A stretch of 64,000 bases of DNA from an uncultured Acidobacteriota bacterium (GCA_963700145.1 OY969474.1:1792001-1856000), one strand, 5' to 3'; shown: positions 50,888 through 61,094, numbered from the stretch's first letter. Notes: generated by a model not told the origin, from the letters alone. Translations and numbers: made by a program.

Positions 50888-51259
50888 ATGGCACTGACGA
50901 CCGGCAGTCATCAGGCGTACCGCATCCTCCACTTCGGCTTCACCGTCGCCCCGATCATCGCGGGGCTCGACAAGTTCACTCACATCCTGACCGACTGGAC
51001 GCAGTATCTGGCGCCGTTCATCCCGCAGACGCTGGGCATGTCTGCGGACACGTTCATGATGATCGTGGGCGTGATCGAGATCGTCGCCGGCCTGCTGGTC
51101 GCGGTGAAGCCGCGCTTCGGCGGCTACCTGGTGGCGGCCTGGCTCTTCGGGATCATCGTCAACCTGCTGATCCTGGGCAGCTACTTCGACGTCGCGCTGC
51201 GCGACCTCGGGTTGATGCTCGGGGCGCTGGCGCTGGCGCGGCTGGCGGAGGACGCGTGA
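50888..51259 (+). CDS. DoxX-like membrane protein
   Basis: AGLDKF...W..YLAP...VG.IEIVAG...DVALRD. Confidence 0.85.
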   Translation: MALTTGSHQAYRILHFGFTVAPIIAGLDKFTHILTDWTQYLAPFIPQTLGMSADTFMMIVGVIEIVAGLLVAVKPRFGGYLVAAWLFGIIVNLLILGSYFDVALRDLGLMLGALALARLAEDA

Positions 51260-51747
51260 GGGCGACGCGCGACCCGTGGGGCGGGGTGACGGTCGCGCTG
51301 GCCGCGGCGGCGGTACTGGCGGTCGTCGGCTGCTCGGGGCTCGGGTTGGAGCAGGTCTTCGAGCAGCCGACGGTGCGGTTGACGGACCTCGAGGTGGAGC
51401 GCGTGAGCCTCGACGGGGCCGATCTGCGCTTCGATTTCGAGGTCGAGAACCCGAACCCGATCGGGCTGCCGCTGGGCGGCATCGATTACGAGCTGCGCAT
51501 CGACGGTGAGCGGTTGCTCGACGGCCTCGACCGCCGCGGCCTGGAGATCGCGGCGCGCGGCGAGACACCGGTGGACCTACCGCTGACGCTCCGCTTCGCC
51601 GACCTACGCCGCGTTTGGCAAAGCGTGCGCCAGCCGGGGCGGTCGCGCTACGAGCTGGACGCTGACTTTCTCTTCGATGTACCGGTGATTGGCGAGGTAA
51701 GGGTTCCGCTTCGGCGTAGCGGCGACTTGCCCGAGCTCATTCAATAG
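51256..51747 (+). CDS. LEA type 2 (WHy domain) lipoprotein
   Basis: VVGC lipobox; VENPNPIGL...IDYEL; GTGA overlap with the upstream gene. Confidence 0.85.
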   Translation: MRATRDPWGGVTVALAAAAVLAVVGCSGLGLEQVFEQPTVRLTDLEVERVSLDGADLRFDFEVENPNPIGLPLGGIDYELRIDGERLLDGLDRRGLEIAARGETPVDLPLTLRFADLRRVWQSVRQPGRSRYELDADFLFDVPVIGEVRVPLRRSGDLPELIQ

Positions 51748-51771
51748 AAGATCCCGCGCGGGGCGGATAGT

Positions 51772-51943
51772 GCCGCGTGAGATGCCGGGCCACCCGGCCC
51801 GCGAAGAGGCGCGCCCGCTTCGCGGGTTCCTGGTTGGAAGAGGAAGTGGCGGATGAGTCGGGTCGGCTTCGTTCGCGTGCGGTAGTGGCCCCCTCACCGG
51901 AACGCGCCGCTTCGCGGGCCTCTGGCCCGGCACATCACGCGGC
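51772..51943. repeat. Long imperfect inverted repeat (~41-bp arms)
   Basis: GCCGCGTGAGATGCCGGGCCACCCGGCCCGCGAAGAGGCGCG pairs with CGCGCCGCTTCGCGGGCCTCTGGCCCGGCACATCACGCGGC. Confidence 0.75.
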
Positions 51944-52000
51944 GCCATGACTCGCAACTCTGAAGTGACGTCCGTTAGAGAAAAGAGGGGACAACCCTCC

Positions 52001-52107
52001 TTGTCATCCTGAGCGAGAGCGAAGGATCTGGGCGAGGGGCGGCGCGATGCCGGTGAGTCTTCGCGCCACCCAGCCCCCAGATCCCTCGCTCACGCTCGGG
52101 ATGACAA
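52001..52107. repeat. Inverted doublet of the REP-like element
   Basis: TTGTCATCCTGAGCGAGAGCGAAGGATCTGGG ... CCCAGATCCCTCGCTCACGCTCGGGATGACAA. Confidence 0.85.
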
Positions 52108-52320
52108 AGGGGGGCTCCACCGCCGGTTCTAGGGCCCGCAGGTCTCTGGAGCGCCGGGCGCTCCGTCCGCTCCCCCTGGCAGGCCACCGTGCGAGGCGCC
52201 GAAGCCACCTCGGTGTTTGCCGGCAACCCCCTCTGTACCAGCACGCGCAGCGCGGACACAAAGGAGCGCCCGGTGCGGAAGAGAGCCTGCGGGACCCCAC
52301 ACCGGAACGGCCGCAGCAAG

Positions 52321-52839
52321 CTATCTTTTCTTGCGTTTTCCGCCGAGCTCTTCGTGCAGCAGCAAATGCCGATACCCGCGATACCAGTAAACAAGAGGCG
52401 GGCCGAGAGGCTCGGGGGTGCCGCTGGCTTCTACGGAGCCGACGTAGATGGTGTGGGTGCCGGCGCGCAGGCGGCCGGCGATCGTGCAATCGAGCCAAGC
52501 CAGCGAATCCTCCAGGATCGGCGCCCCGGTAACCGCCGTCGTCCAGCTTCCTTCCTCGAAGCGGTCCTCGTCCTTGAGCCATGCGAAGCGGTTCGAGAGC
52601 TCCATCTGCTCCTGGCGCAGGACATTCACCGCGAACACCGCCCCCTCCTCCTCCAGCATCGGCCACGCCTTGTGCCGGTTGTCGATCACCACCGTCACCA
52701 GCGGCGGGTCGGCCGAGACCGAGGCGAAGGCCGAGACCGTCAGGCCGTGGATCCGGTCGCCGGCGCGGATCGTCGTGATCGTGACGCCAGCCGGGAAACG
52801 GCAGAGAGCGTTGCGGAACTCCTCCGAGCTGATGGGCAT
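52321..52839 (-). CDS. Flavin reductase-like protein
   Basis: FRNALCRFPAGVT, SVSADPP, FAVNVL, GTHTIYVG, PLVY. Confidence 0.9.
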   Translation of the reverse strand: MPISSEEFRNALCRFPAGVTITTIRAGDRIHGLTVSAFASVSADPPLVTVVIDNRHKAWPMLEEEGAVFAVNVLRQEQMELSNRFAWLKDEDRFEEGSWTTAVTGAPILEDSLAWLDCTIAGRLRAGTHTIYVGSVEASGTPEPLGPPLVYWYRGYRHLLLHEELGGKRKKR

Positions 52840-52848
52840 GCGCCCATC

Positions 52849-53484
52849 CTATGCGGCGGCGAGGCGCTCCGCGACCCGCCGCAGGTCCGCGACGAGCTGC
52901 TCCCGCGCCGCCTCGCGCGCCGCACGGTCGGGCATGCGTAGGACCGCCGAAGGGTGGAGCGTCGCCAGCAGCCAGCGTGCCTGCGGCACCTCCAGGAAGC
53001 GCCCGCGCTCCTTGGTAATGCGGAAGGCGGGGCCGAGGAAGGCCTGCGCCGCGGTCGCGCCTAGGCAGACGATCCCCTCCGGTTTGACGAGCGCCAACTC
53101 CGCCTCCAGCCAGGGTCGGCAGGCGCGCACCTCGCCGAGGGTCGGCTTCTGGTGGATCCGCCTCTTGCCGCGCAGCTCGTGTTTGAAATGCTTGACGGCG
53201 TTGGTGAGAAAGACCTCGCCGCGCGGGATGCCGGCCTCGGCGAGGGCGTCGTCGAGGACGCGCCCGGCCGGGCCGACGAACGGCTTGCCTTGCAGGTCCT
53301 CCTGGTCCCCCGGCTGCTCCCCCACGAGCAGGGCGCGCGCGGGACGCGGGCCGGCGCCGAGCACCGCCTGCGTCGCCCCCTTGTAGAGGTCGCAGGCGGT
53401 GCAGTGTTGCGCGGCCCGGGACAGCGCCGCGAGCGACAGCCGCGGCGGGATGAAGCTCTCGGCCGGAGGGTGGACCTCCGCCAT
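52849..53484 (-). CDS. udgX: UdgX-type uracil-DNA binding protein (family 4 UDG-like)
   Basis: CTAC, GEQPG, NAVKHFK, KRRIH R-loop, HPS. Confidence 0.9.
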   Translation of the reverse strand: MAEVHPPAESFIPPRLSLAALSRAAQHCTACDLYKGATQAVLGAGPRPARALLVGEQPGDQEDLQGKPFVGPAGRVLDDALAEAGIPRGEVFLTNAVKHFKHELRGKRRIHQKPTLGEVRACRPWLEAELALVKPEGIVCLGATAAQAFLGPAFRITKERGRFLEVPQARWLLATLHPSAVLRMPDRAAREAAREQLVADLRRVAERLAAA

Positions 53485-53495
53485 CGAGCGTGCCG

Positions 53496-54188
53496 TCAGG
53501 CCTTGGCCTTGAGCAGCACGTCCACCCGGCGGTTGAGCTGGCGGCCGGACTCGGTGGCGTTGCTCGCCACCGGGTAGCCCTCACCGTACCCCTCGGCGAC
53601 GATGCGCTGGCCGTCCACGCCCTGCTGCGTCAGGTAGCGCTCGACCGAGGTGGCGCGGCGCTCGGAGAGGGCGTCGTTGTGGGCGTCGCTGCCGGTCGAG
53701 TCGGTGTGCCCCTGCACCACGACCGCCGTCTTCTTGTACTCGGTAAGCACGTCGGCGACCTGCTCGAGGGTGCCGCGGCCGGAGGAGTCGATGGTCGCCG
53801 AGTCGACGGCGAAGAGGACGTCGGAGTCGAAGTGGACGAGGAGGGTCTCCTTGTCGACGCGCTCGACGGTGGTGCCCGGGATGCGCGCGATCTTCTCCTC
53901 CTGGGCGTCCATGTAGGCGCCGATGCCGGCGCCGACGCCGGCGCCGATCGCCGCGCCGACCAGGATCTCGTCGGCCTCGCGCTTGCCGGCGGCGACCGCT
54001 CCGGCGGCGCCTACCACCGCGCCGATGCTGCCGCCCTTGACGGTCTTGTCGCGCTTGGTCATGTACGGCTCGTTGCGTCGGGTACGTGGCGCGTCGTTGC
54101 CGCCGCCGGCGCAGGCGGCGAGGAGGGAGGCCGCGAGGAGGGCGGCCACCGAGGCGGTGAACGAGCGGGACCTCGTGGTGTTCTTCAT
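53496..54188 (-). CDS. OmpA-family lipoprotein with glycine zipper
   Basis: LAAC lipobox, GAAIGAGVG, GHTDSTG, LSERRA, NRRV. Confidence 0.93.
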   Translation of the reverse strand: MKNTTRSRSFTASVAALLAASLLAACAGGGNDAPRTRRNEPYMTKRDKTVKGGSIGAVVGAAGAVAAGKREADEILVGAAIGAGVGAGIGAYMDAQEEKIARIPGTTVERVDKETLLVHFDSDVLFAVDSATIDSSGRGTLEQVADVLTEYKKTAVVVQGHTDSTGSDAHNDALSERRATSVERYLTQQGVDGQRIVAEGYGEGYPVASNATESGRQLNRRVDVLLKAKA

Positions 54189-54248
54189 GGCGGTGTCTCC
54201 TTTTCGGTCGCCCCGGCCGGGATAGCGCCGGCGCCGGAAGCCTGTTCT

Positions 54249-54263
54249 TCAAGGGCTGTGCCA
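54249..54263 (-). promoter_or_regulatory. Sigma54-like promoter of the OmpA gene
   Basis: Minus strand TGGCACAGCCCTTGA. Confidence 0.5.
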
Positions 54264-54308
54264 TTGTTCGCTAGAGTGGCGGCGCTGGAGCCCGGGAGGA
54301 ACGCACTT

Positions 54309-57300
54309 TTGGCACCCTCCAAGATCCTGGACGCGCTCTCCCGCTGGCCGGTCGCCCGGCAGCTCCGCGATGGCGACTGGACGGCCCTCGCCGGCCCCGC
54401 CCGCTCCCCCCGCACCGAGGCCCTCGCCCCCCGCACCGAGCGGGCCGACCGGGTGGTGCGCTCGGTCTGCCCCTACTGCGCCGTCGGCTGCGGCCAGCTC
54501 GTCTACGTCCAGGACGAGCGGATCACCGACATCGAGGGGGACCCGGACTCGCCGATCTCCCGGGGGTGCCTCTGCCCCAAGGGGGCGGCCACCTTCCAGC
54601 TCGTCACCGGCTCGCACCGGGTGAAAACCGTCCTCTATAGAGGACCCTACGGGACCGCCTGGGAGGCCATCCCCCTGGAGCGGGCGATGGACATGGTCGC
54701 CGAGCGGGTCAAGGCGGCTCGCGAGGCCACCTGGGAGGAGCGCCGCGCCGACGGGGCTCCCCTGCGCCGCACGATGGGCCTCGCCCACTTGGGCGGCGCC
54801 ACCCTCGACGACGAAGAGAACTACCTGATCAAGAAGCTCTTCACCGCCCTGGGGGTCGTCCAGATCGAGAACCAGGCCCGGATATGACACTCCGCCACGG
54901 TCCCCGGTCTGGGGACCTCCTTCGGGCGCGGCGGCGCCACCACCTTCCAGCAGGACCTCCAGAACGCGGACTGCATCGTGATCCAGGGGTCCAACATGGC
55001 GGAGTGCCACCCGGTGGGGTTCCGCTGGGTGATGGAGGCGAAGGCCCGCGGCGCGAAGGTCGTCCACGTCGACCCGCGCTTCACCCGCACCAGCGCGGTG
55101 GCCGACCTCCACGTGCCGCTGCGGGCGGGGAGCGACATCGCCTTCCTGGGCGGCCTGGTGAGCTACATCCTCGAGGAGGAGCGCTGGTTCCGCGACTACG
55201 TCGTCCACTACACGAACGCGGCGACCCTGGTCTCCGAGGACTTCCGCGACACCGAGGAGCTGGACGGCCTGTTCAGCGGCTGGGACCCGGAGAGCGGCCA
55301 CTACGACCCCAGCTCGTGGGCCTATGAAGGGGCCCCGGCCTCCGTGCCGACGGCGCACCGCGAGACGACGACCGGCGAGCCCGGCCCCGAGCGCAGCAAG
55401 CACCGCAAGCCGGCACGCACCGACCCCACCCTGCAGCACCCGCGCTGCGTCTTCCAGGTGCTACGCCGCCACTTCGCGCGCTACACGCCGGAGATGGTCG
55501 AGGAGGTCTGCGGCGTGCCGCGCGCCCTCTTCCTGCGCGTCGCCGAGACGATCTGCGCCAATTCCGGGCGCGAGCGGACGACCGCCTTCTGCTACGCCGT
55601 CGGCTGGACGCAGCACACGGTCGGCGTGCAGTACATCCGCACCGCGGCGATCGTCCAGCTCCTGCTCGGCAACGTCGGCCGCCCCGGCGGCGGCATCCTC
55701 GCGCTCCGCGGCCACGCCTCGATCCAGGGCTCGACCGACATCCCGACCCTCTACAACCTCCTTCCCGGCTACCTGCCGATGCCCAAGGCGCCGGCGGACC
55801 GCGACCTCGCGGCCTACCTCGAGCACAACACCGCCGAGACCGGCTGGTGGCACGAGCTCCCGAAGTACGCGGTGTCGCTGCTCAAGGCCTGGTTCGGCGC
55901 GGCGGCGACGGCTGTCAACGACTACCTCTTCGACGCGCTGCCGGCGATCGACGGCGACCACTCGCACATGGCGACGGTGGCGGCGATGGCCGACGGGAAG
56001 GTCAAGGGCTACTTCCTGATGGGCGAGAACCCGACGGTCGGCTCGATGCACGGCGGCCTTCAGCGCGCCGCCATGCGCCGGCTCGACTGGGTCGTGGTGC
56101 GCGACTTCGCGGTCACCGAGAGCGCCGAGGACTTCTGGCGCGAAGCGCCGGAAGAGGTCGAAACCGAGGTCTTCTTCTTCCCCTGCGCCGCGCACACCGA
56201 GAAGGACGGCACCTTCACCAACACGCAGCGGCTCCTGCAGTGGCACCACAAGGCGATCGAGCCGCCGGGAGACTGCCGCAGCGAGCTGCACTTCATGCTC
56301 CACCTCGGAAGGCGGCTCAAGGCGCTCTACGCCGGCTCGACCGACGCCAAGGACCGCGCGCTCCAGGCGCTGACCTGGGACTACCCCACCGTCGGCCCGT
56401 ACGACGAGCCGGACGCCGCGGCGGTGCTGGCCGAGATCAACGGGTACCGCGTGGCGGACGGGGCGCCGGTCGCCGGCTTCGGCGAGCTGGCCGCCGACGG
56501 TTCCACCGCCTGCGGCTGCTGGATCTACTCCGGCTGCTGCGCCGGCGGCGAGAACGGCCCGGCGCGGCGGCGGCCGGCCGGCGAGCAAAGCTGGGTGGCC
56601 CCCGACTGGGGGTGGGCGTGGCCGGCCAACCGGCGGCTCCTCTACAACCGCGCCTCGGCCGATCCCGAGGGGCGCCCCTGGTCGGAGCGCAAGCGCTACG
56701 TCTGGTGGGACGAGGCCGCCGGCCGCTGGACCGGGCACGACGCGCCCGACTTCCCCGTCGACCGTGCGCCTTCCTACCGGCCGCCGCGGGGCGCGCGCGG
56801 CGTGGCGGCGATCGGCGGCGCCGACCCCTTCGTCATGCAGTCCGACGGCCACGGCTGGCTCTTCGCGCCGAACGGCCTCCTCGACGGCCCCCTGCCGACT
56901 CACTACGAGCCGCAGGAATCGCCGATCGAGAACCCGCTCTACGCCCAGCAGCGCAACCCGGCGCGCCTCGAATGGCGGCGCCGCGACAACCCTTACCACC
57001 GCGCCGCGGGCGACCCGCGCTACCCCTACGTCCTCACCACCTACCGCCTGACCGAGCACCACACCGCCGGCGCCATGAGCCGCTGGCTCTCCTGGCTCGC
57101 CGAGCTGCAGCCCGAGCTGTTCTGCGAGGTCTCGCCGGAGCTGGCGGCCGAAAAGGGGCTAGCGCACGGCGGCTGGGCGACGATCTCGACGGCGCGCACG
57201 GCGATCGAGGCGCGGGTGCTCGTGACGCGGCGGCTGCCGGCGATCCGGCTCAAGGGGCGCGTCGTGCACCAGATCGGCCTCCCCTACCACTGGGGGAGCA

Positions 57301-57428
57301 AGGGGCGGGTGCGTGGCGACGCGGCCAACGAGCTGATCGGCTTCGTCGCCGACCCCAACGTCTCGATCCAGGAGTCGAAGGCCCTCACCGCCGACATCGC
57401 GCCGGGGCGGCGGAGCCGGAGCGCCTAG
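54309..57428 (+). CDS. Selenocysteine-containing formate dehydrogenase alpha subunit (in-frame TGA at 54885-54887)
   Basis: TTG start after GGGAGG; CPYCAVGC...C; NQARI-U-HSATV read through in frame into the 54978 ORF; RGHA; molybdopterin-binding domain. Confidence 0.92.
54899..54917 (+). promoter_or_regulatory. Bacterial SECIS hairpin
   Basis: GGTCCCC-GGTCT-GGGGACC begins 11 nt after the TGA, the same geometry as E. coli fdhF. Confidence 0.8.
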
Positions 57429-57430
57429 CC

Positions 57431-58225
57431 GTGGCCGTCGGTTTTTTCACCGACACGACCGTCTGCATCGGCTGCAAGGCCTGCGAGGTGGCCTGCAAGG
57501 AGTGGAACCAGCTCCCCGACGACGGCTTCCACTTCACCGGCATGTCCTACGACAACACCGCCGCCCTCGGCGCCTCCACCTGGCGGCACGTCTCGTTCGT
57601 CGAGCGGCCGGTGGCGCTCTCCGAGCAGCTCACGGGCCTGGGGCAGTTCTCGTGGCTGATGATGTCGGACGTCTGCAAGCACTGCCAGCGCGCCGGGTGC
57701 CTGGAGGCCTGCCCCACCGGCGCCATCCTGCGCACCGAGCACGACACCGTCTACGTCCAGCCCGACATCTGCAACGGCTGCGGCTACTGCGTCACCGCCT
57801 GCCCGTTCGGGGTGATCGACCGGCGCGAGGACGACGGCCGCGCCTGGAAGTGCACGCTCTGCTACGACCGGCTCAAGGGCGCCCTGACGCCCGCCTGCGC
57901 CAAGGCCTGCCCCACCGACTCGATCCAGTTCGGCGAGCTCGACGAGCTGCGCGAGCGGGCGGCGCGGCGGCTGGCGGTGCTCCACGAGCGCGGCGTCGGC
58001 GAGGCCTGGCTTTACGGCGCCGACGCCGCCAGTCAGCCGGGAACTGGCGGCTTGAACGCCTTCTTCCTCCTCGTCGACCGGCCGGAGGTCTACAACCTGC
58101 CGCCCGAGCCGGTCGTGCCGACCCACCGCGCCGGCGAGGCCTGGGGGGCGATGGCGCTCGCCGCGCTCGGCATGGCGGCTGTGGCGCTGGGGTCCGTGCT
58201 GGCAACCCGATCCGGCCGCGGATGA
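57431..58225 (+). CDS. Formate dehydrogenase iron-sulfur (beta) subunit
   Basis: CIGCKACEVAC, CKHC...C...CP, CNGCGYC...CP, KCTLC; C-terminal TM. Confidence 0.93.
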   Translation: MAVGFFTDTTVCIGCKACEVACKEWNQLPDDGFHFTGMSYDNTAALGASTWRHVSFVERPVALSEQLTGLGQFSWLMMSDVCKHCQRAGCLEACPTGAILRTEHDTVYVQPDICNGCGYCVTACPFGVIDRREDDGRAWKCTLCYDRLKGALTPACAKACPTDSIQFGELDELRERAARRLAVLHERGVGEAWLYGADAASQPGTGGLNAFFLLVDRPEVYNLPPEPVVPTHRAGEAWGAMALAALGMAAVALGSVLATRSGRG

Positions 58226-59250
58226 CCGATTCCGGCGGCGACGGCCGCTACGTCGATCCAGAGCTCGGCCTCCTCCTCGGCGAAGGCGCGGCGCAGCGGA
58301 TCGCGGCGGGCGAGGCGCGCGAGATCTGGCGCGACGTCGCCGCCAGCCTCCCCGCTCCCGGCGAAGGGCCCACCTACTACGACCGCCCGGTCCTCAAGGA
58401 GCCGGTCTGGATCTGGTCGGTGCCGGTCTACTTCTGGGCCGGTGGCACGATGGGAGCGGCGCTCGCCCTCGGCGGCGCGGCGCAGCTCGCCGGCGGCGAG
58501 GAGCTGCGCCCCTTCGTCCGCCGCTGCCGCTGGGTCGGCGCCGTCGGCGGCGCGGCGAGCGCCGCCCTCCTGATCCACGACCTCGGCCGCCCCGAGCGCT
58601 TCCACCACATGCTGCGGGTCTTCCGCCCGACCTCGCCGATGAGCGTCGGCTCCTGGGTCCTCGCCGCGGCGTCGACCCTGGCCGGCGGCGCCGCCCTCCT
58701 CGGCCGCCGCCGCGGCCTGCTGCGCGGCGCCGGCGACCTCGCCGGCCTCGGCGCCGCCCTCCTCGGCCTGCCGCTCGCCGGCTACACGGCGGTCCTCGTC
58801 GGCAACACCGCGGTGCCGGTCTGGCTGGCGGCGCGGCGAAGCCTGCCGTTCCTCTTCATCGCCTCCTCGATGTCGGGGGCGGCATCGTTTTTCGACCTAG
58901 GCTCCCTCAGACCGCGCGAGGCGAGGATGGTGCGCGCCTTCGGGATCGCCGGCAAGGCCGCCGAGCTGGCGGCGATGGCGGCGGTCGAGAGCGAGGCGGG
59001 ACGCGTCGAGCGGGTCGGGCGGCCGCTCCGCGAGGGGGTCTCCGGCGCCCTCTGGACCGCCGCCAAAGTGCTCACGGCCGCCAGCTTGGCGGCGACCCTC
59101 CTCCCCCGCCGCTCGCGCCGCGCGGGCCTCGCCGCCGGCCTCCTCGGCACTGCCGGCGCCCTCGCCCTCCGCTTCGCGGTCTTCCACGCCGGCAAGGCCT
59201 CCAGCCGCGATCCCCGGGCGACTTTCCTCCAGCAACGCGGCGGCGCCTGA
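58222..59250 (+). CDS. NrfD/PsrC-family membrane anchor
   Basis: YY..PVLKEPVW, DLGRPERF, SPMSVGSW, YTAVL, multiple TMs. Confidence 0.9.
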   Translation: MTDSGGDGRYVDPELGLLLGEGAAQRIAAGEAREIWRDVAASLPAPGEGPTYYDRPVLKEPVWIWSVPVYFWAGGTMGAALALGGAAQLAGGEELRPFVRRCRWVGAVGGAASAALLIHDLGRPERFHHMLRVFRPTSPMSVGSWVLAAASTLAGGAALLGRRRGLLRGAGDLAGLGAALLGLPLAGYTAVLVGNTAVPVWLAARRSLPFLFIASSMSGAASFFDLGSLRPREARMVRAFGIAGKAAELAAMAAVESEAGRVERVGRPLREGVSGALWTAAKVLTAASLAATLLPRRSRRAGLAAGLLGTAGALALRFAVFHAGKASSRDPRATFLQQRGGA

Positions 59251-59416
59251 ATCTCTTTGGTGCCGACTTGCGAAACTTCTCCTGCCTGGGCGATACTCGG
59301 TTGTCCCGATCCGCTCACTGCAGGACACCATCAGGTGCAGAGCCGTCAAGCTAAGCTATAGACGGCCATCTATTTACGGCCGGCACGCCGGCCATCGGAC
59401 GGAGAGGGGAGAAAAC

Positions 59417-59680
59417 ATGAAGCGTTCGCTTATCCGATCCTTGACAGCCCTGGCCGTGACGACTTTGCTTATGCTCGCACTCGCTCCAGCAGCAAACGCC
59501 GCCCCCTGGGGGCTGGCGGTCGAAAGCGGCTTTCGCGGCGCCGGCTGGTTCGAGAGCGCGCGCGAGTGGCTCCAGAGGCTCTTCGGGATGCAGTCGCCCG
59601 CTCCGAAGGCCAAGCAGAAGGCAGTGCAGCCGACCGGCTGCGGCATCGATGGGAATGGGAACCCGACTCCCTGCAGATAG
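59417..59680 (+). CDS. Small secreted peptide precursor with C-terminal GCGIDGNG..C motif
   Basis: GGAGA RBS; signal peptide ending ANA-A; C-terminus GCGIDGNGNPTPCR. Confidence 0.75.
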   Translation: MKRSLIRSLTALAVTTLLMLALAPAANAAPWGLAVESGFRGAGWFESAREWLQRLFGMQSPAPKAKQKAVQPTGCGIDGNGNPTPCR

Positions 59681-59703
59681 CTCTCCCTCGGAGGTTGAGT
59701 GCG

Positions 59704-61068
59704 ATGAAGGATCACCCGACCCCACGTGACCTCGAGGACTTCCTCGAGGGTTCGGCTCCCCCCGAAGTGAACCGGGGGGTGGTGCGCCACCTCCTCGCCG
59801 CCTGCACGGCGTGCCGCGGAGCCCTCCAGAGCATGGGATGGCGACCCGAGCGCCTCGAGCGCATCGTCTCCCTGGGCACGAGCAATCCGGAGGAGCTTCC
59901 GGAGTGGACGGTCGGGACCGAGAACCACGACTACGATCGCGCCTTCAGGAGGGCCTGGGAGGCGTGCGTGCAGGAGCTCCATTCGCCGACACCGCAGCGG
60001 CCCTCGCCTGCAGTCGACAGCGCCGACGAGGACCTACAGGTCGAGGAGCTTCTCGTGGGCGCCGAGGATCGTGTCCCCGAGTCCCGTCTGGTCGAGCTGC
60101 TCCTGGCACGCAGCCACGCCGCGCGCTATCGCGATGTCAGGGCGATGCTGCGCTGGGCGCGGTTGGCGCGGATCCTCGCGGAGCGTTGTGACGCAGCCGC
60201 CGCGGGAGGCGAGATCGCCCTCTTCGATTTGAAGGCGCGCGCTTGGGGACAGTGCGGGAATGCGTTGCGCGTGGCAGGCCGTCTGCGTGAAGCGGCAGCG
60301 GCGCTCGATCGATCCGGGACCTATGCTGCCCGGGGAAGTGGGGATGTCGCATTCAAAGCCCAGCTTCTGAGCTGGACCGCGAGCTTGCGGATCTTCGAGC
60401 GGCGATTCGACGACGCGATCACGCTGCTCGACGAAGCCGCTCGCATCGCCCGCAACCTCGGGATGCGAAGCGAGCTGGCGTGGTATCTGTCGAACCGGGC
60501 GCTCGCCACCGTCTACTCGGGCGACCCGGAGACGGCGATCCACATCCTGGACGAAGCGATGCCGCTGATCGATCCTGCGGAGCCCCACCTTCTCGTGGCC
60601 ATCTATCACAACCTGATCTACTGCTACGTCGAGGCCGGGCGGTTGCAAGAGGCCTTGGCGTTGATGCCGCGGACCCGCAGCGTCGGCGAGGAGATCGAGG
60701 ACGAGCTGCTGGGGCTCCGTCTCCTCTGGCAGGAAGCGCGGATCCTCTGCGAGCTCGGGCTCCTCGAGGAGGCCGAAGCCCAGTTCTCGCGCGCCCGCGA
60801 CGGGTTCCTCGAGCGCGACCTCTCGTACGAAGCGGCCGTCGTCTCCCTCGACCTCACGGCCGTCTACGTCAAGCTCGGCCTGCACACCGAGGTGCGCCGC
60901 ACGATCGGCGACATTCTGCCCATCTTCAGCAGCCTCCGCGTCGGCCGCGAGCTCCTCGCCTCGCTCATCCAGCTCCAGCAGGCCGAGGACCAGACCCAGG
61001 CCCTCCAGCTCATCCGCGCCCTCTCCCGCGAGCTCGTCGCCGGGCCCAAGCTGCCGCCGTCGGTTTGA
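59704..61068 (+). CDS. TPR-like helical-repeat protein with N-terminal zf-HC2-like motif
   Basis: GGAGG RBS; H...RHLLAACTACR; repeated TPR-like helices (GNALRVAGRL.EA). Confidence 0.8.
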   Translation: MKDHPTPRDLEDFLEGSAPPEVNRGVVRHLLAACTACRGALQSMGWRPERLERIVSLGTSNPEELPEWTVGTENHDYDRAFRRAWEACVQELHSPTPQRPSPAVDSADEDLQVEELLVGAEDRVPESRLVELLLARSHAARYRDVRAMLRWARLARILAERCDAAAAGGEIALFDLKARAWGQCGNALRVAGRLREAAAALDRSGTYAARGSGDVAFKAQLLSWTASLRIFERRFDDAITLLDEAARIARNLGMRSELAWYLSNRALATVYSGDPETAIHILDEAMPLIDPAEPHLLVAIYHNLIYCYVEAGRLQEALALMPRTRSVGEEIEDELLGLRLLWQEARILCELGLLEEAEAQFSRARDGFLERDLSYEAAVVSLDLTAVYVKLGLHTEVRRTIGDILPIFSSLRVGRELLASLIQLQQAEDQTQALQLIRALSRELVAGPKLPPSV

Positions 61069-61094
61069 CCGCGGCCGTCCGCCCGGCCCGGCCT

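Noticed and set aside
54885-54887. Formate dehydrogenase as a nonsense pseudogene or two separate genes
   Set aside because: The TGA is at the Sec ligand position, the frame continues, and a SECIS hairpin follows.
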